A DNA stretch of 64,000 bases from Utricularia gibba (Eukaryota; Plantae; Magnoliophyta), in NCBI GenBank assembly GCA_002189035.1, contig CM007990.1, positions 4,836,001 to 4,900,000 on the forward strand, given 5' to 3'. The translations under genes were made by a program, and so were the position numbers. Positions 50,126 to 61,102 of this stretch are shown here, one piece after another (position 1 is the stretch's first letter; each line of letters starts with the position of its first letter). The notes below the pieces were generated by a model. That model ran no database searches, was not told the DNA's origin, and saw only the letters and a program-made list of their open reading frames with translations.

Positions 50126-51957
50126 ATGGGAGATACTTCTTGCAAGTTTTTGCCGATCTTTTTCTTCCTGTTTTTTGTATCTTCGCTTTCTCCGGCTTCT
50201 TCATGAGTTTCAACGACACCGATCGGAGTTTCAGGCCGACGGAGGAGTTGAGGAAGCTCAGGTTGATAAGATCCCATCTCCGGAGAATCAATAAGCCTGC
50301 AGTGAAGACAATTCAGGCAAGTTTTTATTTTTTTTTTCTTGCCCTTTGTTGTTTTCTCCTAATCAGATGGACGCTTGCGTTGAACAGAGCCCTGATGGTG
50401 ATATCATAGATTGTGTGATGTCACATGAACAGCCGGCTTTCGATCATCCCAAATTAAGAGGGCAAAAGCCACTAGTAAGAACGAAACCCCATTGCCATTC
50501 TGTTGCTGGTTTTACAATCCAATAGCTCAGTTTTGTTGGTGAGTTGCAGGATCCGCCTGATAGGCCAAAAGGGCATTCATCAAGAAAGCATGTTCTTGAA
50601 GAAAGCTTCCAGCTTTGGAGCATCAACAATGAGTTCTGTCCAGAAGGAACCATTCCAATCAGAAGAACAACAGAGGCAGACATTGTAAGAGCAAGCTCTC
50701 TCCTTCGATTCGGGAAGAAGATAAGGCCGGTTCGGAGAGAATCCTCCAGCAACATGCATGAGGTTCATACTTCATCAACAATAAAAACCAAGTCTTTCAT
50801 TCTTTCATCAACCATGAGTTTCATATCAAATACTCTCGTTTTGGTTCCTTCTGTTGCAGCACGCTGTAGGTTATGCATCTGGACAGGAATACTACGGAGC
50901 GAAAGCAAGTATTAATGTGTGGGCTCCAAGAGTTGCTAATCCATACGAATTCAGCTTGTCACAAATGTGGGTTATTGGTGGTTCTTTTGGAGGTGATCTT
51001 AACACCATTGAAGCAGGTTGGCAGGCAAGTTCCAGTTTCTCTTCATTGTTATTTTCACAGACAGAACAGAACACGTTCACCACTAACATCTGAGCTTCAT
51101 TCTCATTCTTGAAAAACAGGTTAGCCCTGAGCTCTATGGCGACAACCACCCCAGATTCTTCACCTACTGGACTGTAAGTTAACTGCCAGCGCTTTTCATA
51201 GCTGCTAATTATCCTTGGAACTAAGATTAAGATCAATGCAGAGCGATGCCTACCAAGCAACAGGCTGTTACAACTTGCTCTGCTCTGGGTTCATTCAAAC
51301 CAACAGCAAAATAGCAATAGGAGCAGCCATTTCACCAACTTCTTCCTACAACAGCGGACAGTTCGACATCACCTTGTTAATATGGAAGGTAAATCACCAT
51401 AGTTCAAATTTCGTTAAAAAAAAAAAAGTGAGAAAGCGTGAATAGCAGAAAAGCGCGGCCTTTCACCATGCTTCAAGCACAATCATTCTAGCTGGTGGTG
51501 CTTTTCACATCATTTTTCCCGCTTCCCCGTAACCCAAACTTTCCCCGACTTTGAACTGGAATTCAATCAATCTCCTCAGGACCCAAAACACGGAAACTGG
51601 TGGCTGGAATTCGGCAACGGAGTGTTGGTGGGTTATTGGCCATCGATTCTGTTCACACATCTGAGAGAGCACGCAAACATGGTCCAGTTCGGGGGTGAGA
51701 TTGTAAATACACGTAGTATGGGGACTCACACGCCGACGCAAATGGGAAGCGGGCATTTCGCAGGAGAAGGGTTCGGAAAGTCGTCGTATTTCAGAAACCT
51801 GCAAGTGGTGGATTGGGACAACAGCTTGATCCCACTCTCCGATCTCCGGGTACTCGCCGATCATCCCAACTGTTACGACATACGCGGCGGCGTTAACAGA
51901 GTCTGGGGAAATTACTTCTACTACGGCGGCCCCGGGAAGAATCCCGGTTGTCCTTGA
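50126..51957 (+). CDS. Neprosin-family (DUF239) peptidase with activation peptide, ~411 aa; apparent 1-nt deletion in exon 1
   Basis: Exons 50126-50316, 50388-50474, 50550-50762, 50860-51024, 51120-51173, 51242-51388, 51580-51957. Motifs SPDGDIIDCV, CPEGTIPIRR, NTIEAGWQ, GCYNLLCSGF, FYYGGPG. Introns 1 and 4 have GC donors. The ATG 50126 frame stops at ~50204 unless one base is added. Confidence 0.9.
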
Positions 51958-53110
51958 AGGAATATAGAAATTTAATTTTCTTATTTTTTAATTTTTAATA
52001 TATTTCACCAATTAGTCCATAAAATATATTAAAATAATGATTTTTTATTTTTGGGCTTCGGAGAATTGGCCCAAATAATCAGATAAAGTGGGCCCCATTC
52101 TTTCTTCTATTTTTTATTATGGGCCGTCAGCCCATGACTTATTATTGGGCGGCGCCCTCTTCCTATTTCCTACCACCGGCGAACCGTGGCAGTTGGCACC
52201 GGCAGCATTTATGGTAGCTGCCATGTTCGTCCTACTCAAGATAAAATGCGTTATCTGCCGCTCTAATTGGGCGGTGAGATGAGATGCATTTTTTCTGATA
52301 TCGCCCCAATCGAAATAGTTTTTTTTTTGCGTGATCTACCTGTATCCCATGCCGGAAATCAGGTTGAAGGGGCGTGTTCTCTACTTTCATATGGAGATTG
52401 AAATCAAGATTGCAGCATCCCAAGTAATGAAGGATCCCAAGAGTGAAGATTTCGGAGTGGTATCATGAATGGTTGTCTGAACAAGTGGTTGGCACAAGCT
52501 GCTCACTGTTGCATTGATTGTTTGTTTTGACTTTCGCCGGCTACTATTTATCGTATCTATAAAATAGTGGTCAGATGTGTTCCAGAGGGTTCCGGAGAAA
52601 AGCATTATAGGCGCCGCGCGCCGGTTCATAACTTATGTGGAAATTGGAAGTTTCAACGACCACACAACCGCAAGCCTCCACTTTTGATCATTTATTCAAA
52701 AACCATACATGTTCAAGTATGTGGCTGACTAAAATGGATGCTTTCGGCCCCTAGATGAGAGTTTACCTTTTCGAGATTCTGGGTCATTTCGGAATCCCTT
52801 GCTTTTTCTCAATTTCTCTCAATTCCGTTGGGAAGGCAGAAATTGGGGATTGTTGTGCTTGTTCTTGAGATAAGGTTGTAAGGATTTTACACAGAAGCGG
52901 CTGTCCGATGATTAGGAAATGGTGGGGGCAGGTTAAATTCCAGGCTGTCGTTGTTTACCAAATAACAACCTAACTGCTGGTTGAAGATTCGGTGTCGTTC
53001 TTCATTCCTCGTGGCGATCAAGACAAGAGCCTTCTCTTGTTTTTTGATAAGACAAGGGGAAGGCTCTCTAATCCATCGATCCCCTCTGTATTTCTTCTGT
53101 TTGTGAAAAA

Positions 53111-55089
53111 ATGATGGGGAAATGGTGGGTGTTGTCCCTGCAATTGGCTGAACTGTTCGTGAGTTCTCTGGTGCATATTGTGTATGGCTTCTACATATTT
53201 AGCACAGCTGTGGCTGGGGATTTGTCAATGACTTTAAGCGATTGGCTCTTTGGCCCAAATTTGACTGATTTTTACAAAAGGGAAGAATATACAGGCTCCA
53301 CGCGGGGTCACGGCCTTCCTCCGATTGTTTTGGTTCATGGGATCTTTGGTTTTGGAAAAGGGGTATGCATATTTATTCTGCAATTTTGAGTTTTTTTAGG
53401 ATCAAAGTTTTCATAGTCAAATGCTGAAGTTTTCCTGTATGCTCCGAAGAGATTGGGAGGATTGTCCTACTTTGCCGGGGCTGAAAAGAAAGATGATAAT
53501 GTTCTTGTCCCTGATTTAGGTTCATTAACCAGTATTTATGATCGGTTAGTGTGATTTAAACTAACTTAATAAACCCTATAAGCTCTGTGCCTAGAACTTA
53601 ATCTGAAGATTGTATATGTTCTCTTCATGTTTTAGTGCCAGGGAGTTGTTTTACTATCTTAAGGGAGGCCAAGTGGATTACGGGGAGGAACACAGTAAAG
53701 CTTGTGGGCACTCTCAGTTTGGAAGAATCTATGAAATCGGTCGGTTGCTTTTGTCTTCATTCTTGTGAGTTGTTTTATTTTCTTGTTGTTCCCACTTCTA
53801 TGAAGCTTCCATCGTATTTCAGGGCATTATCCTGAATGGGATGAGGACCATCCAATTCATTTTGTCGGGCACTCTGCCGGAGCTCAGGTTGTAAGAGTCT
53901 TGCAGCAGATGCTTGCTGACAAGGTAAGATGCACTTAATTCATGTTACAAATTGTTCATACAAACTGTTTTTTTTTATCAAAGCGTCGATTCTGATTCGT
54001 TTGCAGATGTTCAAAGGCCATGAAAACACTTCAGCAAACTGGGTTATAAGCATAACCTCATTATCTGGGGCTTTCAATGGCACAACAAGGACTTATTTGG
54101 ATGGAATGCAGTATGTTTCTGCCTGATTGTTGTTCTCTGTTTCTTGCTTTTAAATAAACAGCGCCCATTCAGCTTCATGGAAGCATGCTTCTTCTTCACA
54201 GGCCAGAGGATGGCAAGTCACTGAAGCCGGTCTGCCTCCTGCAGCTATGCAGGATAGGTGTTCTTCTTTATGACTGGTTTGACATTCCAATGCTGAAATA
54301 CTATTACAATTTCGGGTTTGATCATTTCGAGTTATCGTGGAAGAGGATCGGAATCCGGGGCCTCATTTCCTGCCTGATGGGCAAAGCAGGACCATTTGCA
54401 TCTGGAGATTGGATCCTCCCTGATCTCACAATCCAGGGCTCCATCAGGTTAAACAGCCATATACGTACATTTCCTGATACATACTACTTCAGCTACGCCA
54501 CCAAACGTACTAGAAAATTCATGGGTACCACCGTCCCCTCCGGCGTATTCGGGATACACCCGATGTTATTCCTCCGGGTGCTTCAGATGAGCCAATGGCG
54601 GCATCCATCGGATGCTACTCCTCCGTACAAAGGTTACAGGTGAGTCAGGGGGTGCCAATGTCTCATCTGAGCCCTTGCTTTACGTTTGAAATCTTGCATA
54701 TCCATGCGCGTAGGGACGAAGACTGGTGGGAAAACGATGGAGCCCTGAACACAATCTCAATGACGCATCCTCGTTTCCCTGTTGAACATCCAAGCCAGTT
54801 TGTTACCCATGATTCAGAGTTCCATCCTCTGCAGCCAGGGATATGGTTGGTTGCTCTGAAATCATTTGGTGCATTTGCGTTTCCATTTCCATTCCCTGTT
54901 GTTCACCATTTTGCACTGATCTGTTCCAGGTACTACAAAGTTGTGGAAGGCGATCATATTCTGTTTATAATAAACAGAGAAAGAGCTGGAGTTGAATTCG
55001 ATCTGATATACGACAGCATTTTCGAGCGGTGCAGGAAGCACGCGTTCAGGAAGCTTCCCACGTTGCCCAACGAAGTGCACCATAACTGA
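53111..55089 (+). CDS. Alpha/beta-hydrolase lipase (GHSAG), ~461 aa
   Basis: Exons 53111-53362, 53450-53544, 53636-53739, 53823-53923, 54007-54110, 54202-54639, 54714-54845, 54930-55089; PIVLVHGIFGFG, GHSAG and WWENDG motifs; frame intact. Confidence 0.92.
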
Positions 55090-55301
55090 TGCAGATTATG
55101 ACTGCGGCATCAGTGAAGATGATAAAGCGAATTGCGTATCAACGAGGCACTTTGATGTTGAGATTTTAAAATGAACACACGCGTGCTCTGTATAAATCTT
55201 AGATGGAGAGGATGTGCCTTTCAGTTCATATCATGAAAGTTCCATACTTTATTCAACTTATAAGCTTTCAAATCACTTCGTAGCGTTCAGTGAGACCCAA
55301 A

Positions 55302-55612
55302 TCAAGGAGCAGGCGGTGGATCACGCACGTTGGCCATTGGCGCTGGAATCGGGAAGTCGATCGACCGCCTCGAAACTGCGAACGGAAACATCTTCCGGTT
55401 GTTGCGAGATGGGATAGACATCTCTGAAACTTAAAACAAACGACCAATTTTCAGTGCCTGTGATGGGATCACTGCTAGTGCAAGCATGAATTACCTTGAA
55501 GAGGAACTGCTGCTGTTGCTTTGCCGGCGGCAAAGCAGTGTGTAATCATCACGATAAGCAGCAAGAGACTCACCATGAATGCAGCAGTGGCTCTGCTATC
55601 AAGTTTCTTCAT
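55302..55612 (-). CDS. Small secreted Pro-rich peptide precursor P0 (79-81 aa, two exons)
   Basis: Exon 1 55612-55495 (MKKLDSRATAAFMVSLLLLIVMITHCFAAGKATAAVPLQ), GT donor, ~65-71 nt intron with two in-frame AG acceptors, exon 2 55423 (or 55429)-55302 (EMSIPSRNNRKMFPFAVSRRSIDFPIPAPMANVRDPPPAP*). TATATA ~70 nt upstream. Confidence 0.7.
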
Positions 55613-56140
55613 ATCCAATGCTAAAGACTCCTCCTTTCTCTCAGTTGGCCTTGGCTACAAGGGAGATGAACCTTGGCACTTGTATATACAAGGAAGGCGA
55701 GCTCTACTCTTTCACCAACCCTGTTTTTCCTTGGGCGGAAAGTAGATTCCACACTCCTGATCCGATATTGAGGACCCTTGACCTGGAACGCGTCAAGTCT
55801 TTGGTCACTTTGAAAACCATTACATTGCGTAGGCGCGTTTGTTTCTTCTTAATCTTTTCGATGTATACGTGTGGACTGTGTAGTCTCCTTGCGCGGGCTT
55901 TTCATTCTAGAACAAAGCAGACGCGTTTATTTCTTCAAGCGACGAGCTTGAGCCACTATTGACATCGTCTTAGATAGCCAAACGTAGGCATGTTCCTCCG
56001 TCGAGTTCGACTCATTCACTGATAACCCAATTTATCTTACAGAAAACTTGATAATGCATTGCTCAACATCAAGAACTACAGGGAGACCGTAACTCTAAAA
56101 TCGTCAAAGAAGCAACAGATGCCATAAACATGGTACAACT

Positions 56141-56407
56141 TTACAGCAATTCCCCCTCCGGTGTTGGTGATGGTTGTGGTGGATACAGCAATTCCCCCTC
56201 CGGTAGTGGTGGTGGTTGTGGTGGAGGTGGACTGGGGACCTCCGAGATTTTAAACTGTCTTGTCATCGGCGCCGGAGGCCTGATTTCCATCTCCCTTTTG
56301 GAATCTGCAAGTGCGAGCCCGAACATACTCTGGCGGAGCGGAGAGGCCAAGCATGGTGCAATCAGGAGCAGCAGGAAGACAGCCAAAGCTGCTGTTGGTT
56401 TCTTCAT
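56141..56407 (-). CDS. Small secreted Pro-rich peptide precursor P1 (88 aa)
   Basis: MKKPTAALAVFLLLLIAPCLAS signal peptide; DSKR, PPAP, poly-Pro and two PEGELL ends; TATA-like sequence upstream. Confidence 0.8.
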   Translation of the reverse strand: MKKPTAALAVFLLLLIAPCLASPLRQSMFGLALADSKREMEIRPPAPMTRQFKISEVPSPPPPQPPPLPEGELLYPPQPSPTPEGELL

Positions 56408-57154
56408 CTTGAGTTGGCTCCTGCTGAGGAAGGGAGATGAATATATAACACATTTGGAGCAAGTTGTGGACAGCAAACGCCTTTTGAGAACGGAATGTCA
56501 GGTAGGAACGCAGACGCCCACCTGGTTAGAGACTGCGAATGGGCCGGGCCGAATCACCGACACGTTAATTTTGAAAAAATAGTAAGGGTGTTTAGATTTT
56601 AGAAAAGTACATAATTTGAAATTTGAATGTATGTATTGAATTATAAATATAATAAAAAATTCTGAAAAATTCAGAATAATGATTATTTTATTATTAAATT
56701 TTTGACATAATTTAAAATTCATAAAAGTATAATTATTAAAATATGATTTTTAATTAAAAAATGAAATTAAACGAAAAGTTAAAACTATGTAATAAAAAGT
56801 ATTTTTAGATTTATGTTATTTTAGAGACATTGGTTTTTTTTTTTTTTACCAGATAAAACCGTAAGAACTGGGAAATATCATTGGCTAGAGTTCATCCAAA
56901 CCAAACCAAGAGGCAATTCACTGTGTGTTCACAGATACAATAGCAGTACTAACATGCACTTGGTGATAGCAAAATCCCCACACTAAGTGATGCAACGATC
57001 ACTCAGAACTCAAGAAGAAGATTGCACGCACTCCTTTTGAAACAGGCAGAATTCTCATAGGTCTTCTCTTGAGTAGAAGTGTTCCTAGGGATTCCGGTAA
57101 ATCTTCTCATGAGTTTGCGAAAGATAAAAGTATCGAATGGACCAAAGTGAGGCT

Positions 57155-57380
57155 GCTTTGATACCAATGCAGATATGTTTTTTGGAATTAAAAATCTTGT
57201 GAATAAGACGAACACATATGAAATTTAAGTAAATAAGAAATATAGATTTCATTAGAAAAAAATTAAATACAATCTATTATTATTGATAATTTTTTATATA
57301 TTTGATTATTTTAATTATATTTATTGATATATTATTGTTTTTTCTAATAAGATTAAACTGAAAATTTGTGACTAGGCTCC
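57155..57380 (-). mobile_element. AT-eroded TRIM relic (paralogous copy at ~62398-62620)
   Basis: gctttgatacca is the reverse complement of a Met-i PBS; the adjacent sequence aligns to the reverse complement of the TRIM LTR with many transitions toward A/T. Confidence 0.55.
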
Positions 57381-57590
57381 ATTTATTTGAGATGACTGTA
57401 ACACGCAAGCACTAAGCATACACTCAAGACTGCAAGCAAAGTCCAAAGTCCATAGACGAAGTGTAATGGATTGGACCCAACATATTTGACCTAAAATAGG
57501 TCAAACGACATTACTGTAAAAATAACAAACCTCGGAGCCAACACAAACAACGGCGTCACGAAGCGGAGATGCCGCAAACGTGGAACACCT

Positions 57591-57826
57591 TTACACCATT
57601 CCTCCCTCCAGTAGTAGTGGAGGCGGATCGCGGATAAACGACATCTCATTCTGCTTCCCGCTGTTATCTGCAACATTTAAATGGGTCTTGATAAACCCAT
57701 TTTTGGCCGGGTTATGATCCCCCTTTTGGAAACTGCAAGCGCGGGCATCCTCCCGTGGACCGGAGAGGCCAAGCATGGCGCGATCACGAGCAGCAAGAAG
57801 ACAGCCAATGCTATAGGTTTCTTCAT
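57591..57826 (-). pseudogene. Peptide precursor P2, disrupted (49-aa ORF 57826-57677)
   Basis: MKKPIALAVFLLLVIAPCLASPVHGRMPALAVSKRGIITRP, then a ~43-nt palindrome-rich replacement containing TAA. The ancestral C-terminus KQNEMSFIRDPPPLLLEGGMV* survives in another frame. Confidence 0.75.
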
Positions 57827-58344
57827 CCTGACCTGAACTTGACTTAGGCTCCTCGCCGATCAAGGGAGACAAATATATACTACACTTGGAGCTACATTTC
57901 GACATTCGAAGCAAACGCCTTTCGTGGACGGGATGTCAATTGGGAACGCATGCGCCCTCTTGGTCGGAGACTGAGAATTGGCTAAGAAAATTGGTCAGAT
58001 CAGTCACACCTGGTACTTACCATTGACGATGGTGAAACTCTTTTGTATTATTTAGATTATATTATTATATTTTCAAATTAATAGAATGAATAATCAGTCT
58101 TTGTTTCATTGGTGTGTTGATATATTGGTGAGTTTAAATTATTTGAATTTAAATAAATTCAAATACGTAGGTTTAAAAATATACATATTTTCATTGAATA
58201 TACATATAACCATATATGTATTATTATATAGATATAATGATAATTATACCTATATAATTAGTATAATTATATCTTCATATAAAACAAAATAATTTTATTA
58301 AACACATTATAAATCAATCTTATACCTTAACTTCAAACCACGCC

Positions 58345-58690
58345 TCATAGTCAAATCTTAAACTAGCGACGGACGATCGTGCCCGCGCCACAACGGGCCC
58401 GCTGGAGGTAGTGGTTGATGGCGGTGGCGGGCAAAAAGCAAAGCGGGCGGCAGTGGCACGGTCGACGGTAGACGTGGGTGGCGGTGGCGGTTAACGTCCG
58501 TCAACCTGGGTGAGCTGCGCTGCGCTGTTCATTCTAGAATGAAAGCACACGAGTCGGAGTGGTGAGGATGGTGCTCGTGGTCGTCCTGGTGGTGGTGTTT
58601 CTTACCGCCGTGGCAGTGTCCGTTGATTCGCCATAGGCGGTGAAACCCTAATCCGAGAGTTCTCCCTTTCGGAATCTGCGATCATCTGGT
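58345..58690. repeat. GC-rich unidentified repeat, duplicated at 63520-63870
   Basis: Near-identical blocks starting caaatcttaaa(a)ctagcgacggacgatcgtgcccgcg; part of the peptide-cluster duplication. Confidence 0.8.
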
Positions 58691-59762
58691 TGTGTGGAGA
58701 TTTCTGATAGTGATGTATAAGAGTATGTGGCTTTGTAGGACGAATATGGTGATAGCAGTTTATATCGGTGTGTGAGGGTTGTAGAACAAATATGAGAAGA
58801 GAATGTGGCGATGCTGTGATTTTGGAAATTGTATGATTTTGGAAATTGTTTTCCTCAATGAGGAATTTTTCTGCATACAATGTTAGTTTAGGACGTGCCT
58901 GGATACACATATTTATAGTTCAATTGTGGTTAACGGTTGCCTACTTCTTGGAATTGTTGGATCATCGTTTGTAGTCCATTTCCTTACTTTGCTGTCCAGC
59001 ATAATTAGCACGAGATGCTGACATGTCTTCTTCTTCCTCGTGTTATCTTTCAACGCACTCCTGATTTCTAGGTTTGACTCTTTCACATTTCTAATAGCTT
59101 GCTGTTGCTTTGTCTCATGTTCATCCTCACTCATCAACAATTTCCGGGGCTTAAGAAACGACTCATTTCAAGAAATCTCTCTGCATCTTGCCCTTGAATG
59201 AAGAGAAGAGAATAGAAGAAAACTCTCTGCAAGATGCTAACCAGGAAGCCATAGGCTTCTTCATCGGTGCTGAACTTGTGTCCATGCGGCATCCCTCCTG
59301 AAGGTTGGCCTCGATGAATTGAACAACGAATTGTGTGAGAATGAAGCTGATGTTGAAGCCAAGGACTCTGAATGATTTCACAAGAACTCTGCTGCTGCTA
59401 AGAAGGCGAAGAAAAGGCATAACACAGACATGAGACTTATTATCTTGGATCCTAATTCCATGAAATGGGTTTCTAGTGAATATGAATCAAATACTAAGGA
59501 GCCCACACATAAAGAGAAGGCCCAAGTCCATGTTTGATGTGATTGTAGGTCTAACCAAGCACCATACCTATGTGCAAAAGGCATGGAAAATAATAATGGT
59601 AACAAAGGAGATAACATCATCTCTAATTTTTTAGGCTATCAATACTTGCTGTATATTGAGTAATGTATGTTCCTTACAAGTGACAAAATAATATTTTCTA
59701 TGTTCATCACGCACTTGCTCTTCATACCTCTCATACCCGTACAATCCTTCAATACTAGACTT

Positions 59763-60269
59763 TGGAATAGTCTAGTATATAAGAAACTACATATTACAAT
59801 TAATTAGTTGGGTCTAATCTTTTCTATTGTGATCCACGTTTCTTGTGTACTTAGGCTTCACGTGTGCGCTCGCCTGACTCATTGGATCCTGAATTTCAAC
59901 ATGGTATCAGAGCGTTTGACTCACGGCACGGCTTAGGTGGCCAAAATGGATTTCGTTCTGGTCTGAGATTTGATTAATAAAAAAAAAAGAGATGCACTGC
60001 GCTTAGGCGACAAAAATTAAATCGGCCTATGAACTAAACACTACCTATAATAATAAAAAAAAGGAGCAAGTCATCACTGGATCACAGACTAGTTCGACTT
60101 GATGGCAGGTGTTAGAATACACAATCACACATTGGATAATGAAAATGGAATAGTCTAGTATATAAGAAACTACAATTGATTGGGCCTAATCTTTTCTATT
60201 GTGATCCACGTTTCTTGTGTACTTGAGCTTCACGCGCTCGTCTGACCCATCGGATCCTGAATTTCAACA
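59763..60269 (+). mobile_element. TRIM (terminal-repeat retrotransposon in miniature)
   Basis: 5'-truncated LTR ending ttcaaca at 59901, PBS TGGTATCAGAGC at 59902-59913, ~200-bp non-coding interior, purine-rich tract, and 3' LTR tgttagaa...ttcaaca at 60110-60269. Confidence 0.75.
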
Positions 60270-60883
60270 CAAAGCAGACGCGTTTGTTTCTTCTTGCCCT
60301 TTTTTGATGTGTACGTGTTGCAATTTAAGCAAAGTTTGCTTCAAGCAACGAGCTTGAGCCACCATTGACATCGTCGTACATCGCCAAACGTCGGCATGTT
60401 CCTCCGTCGAGTTCGACTCATTCACTGTGAACAGAAAACAACACTGTAATTGTGTTGAAGAACTGGGTAACTACCCAGAATGAGCTAAGGATAATTTTCA
60501 GAAGGAGAAAACCTTCATACACCAAAAAACGTGTACAGAATTGTGAAGAAGAAGAAGACAGCACGCTGGATTGTATATTCTAAACACACGCTTCACACCT
60601 GTGCCACATGGTGCAATTCATATTTATTACTACAGTGATGGGGATTGACTAATGATAAAAAAACAGCACAATTATGAAGTTCACGGTGGGTAGAAGATAA
60701 CACGAAGATACCCATCTTCAGAACCCAATTTATTAACACACTGATAACCCAATTTATCTAACAGAAAACTTGATACTGCATTACTCAGCGAGGTTATCAA
60801 GAACTACACGGAGGCCATAACTCGAAAATCATCAAAGAAACAACAGCTTCTCGAAGCGCAGATGCCATAAACATGGTACAACT

Positions 60884-61102
60884 TTACAGCAATTCACCCT
60901 CCGGCGGTGTTGGTGGTCGTGGTGGAGGCGGACTGGGGACACTCCAGATTCTAAACTGCTTTTTAATCGGCGCCGGAGGCCCGATTTCGATCTCCCTTTT
61001 AGAATCTGCGAGCCCGGACATACTCTGGCGGAGCGGAGAGGCCAAGCATGGTGCAATCAGGAGCAGCAGGAAGACAGCCAAAGCTGCTGTTGGTTTCTTC
61101 AT
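60884..61102 (-). CDS. Small secreted Pro-rich peptide precursor P3 (72 aa)
   Basis: MKKPTAALAVFLLLLIAPCLASPLRQSMSGLADSKREIEIGPPAPIKKQFRIWSVPSPPPPRPPTPPEGELL*; paralog of P1. Confidence 0.8.
   Translation of the reverse strand: MKKPTAALAVFLLLLIAPCLASPLRQSMSGLADSKREIEIGPPAPIKKQFRIWSVPSPPPPRPPTPPEGELL

Larger units (their letters stand above)
55910..59300. repeat. Tandem segmental duplication unit carrying P1-P2; second copy ~60270-64000 carries P3-P4
   Basis: Colinear matches: 55910-56000 with 60270-60420; 56020-56560 with 60740-61260; 56870-57950 with 61900-63200; 58345-58690 with 63520-63870; 59150-59290 with 63880-64000. Confidence 0.9.

Noticed and set aside
52088-52629. GC-rich island with short ORFs, possible snoRNA
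   Set aside because: No convincing C/D or H/ACA box pair and no protein similarity; probably the lipase promoter region.
59163-59620. Minus-strand hydrophobic ORFs (80 and 85 aa), one containing MKKPMAS
   Set aside because: No signal peptide or PPAP motif after MKKP, no recognisable family, broken frames; at most a decayed gene fragment.
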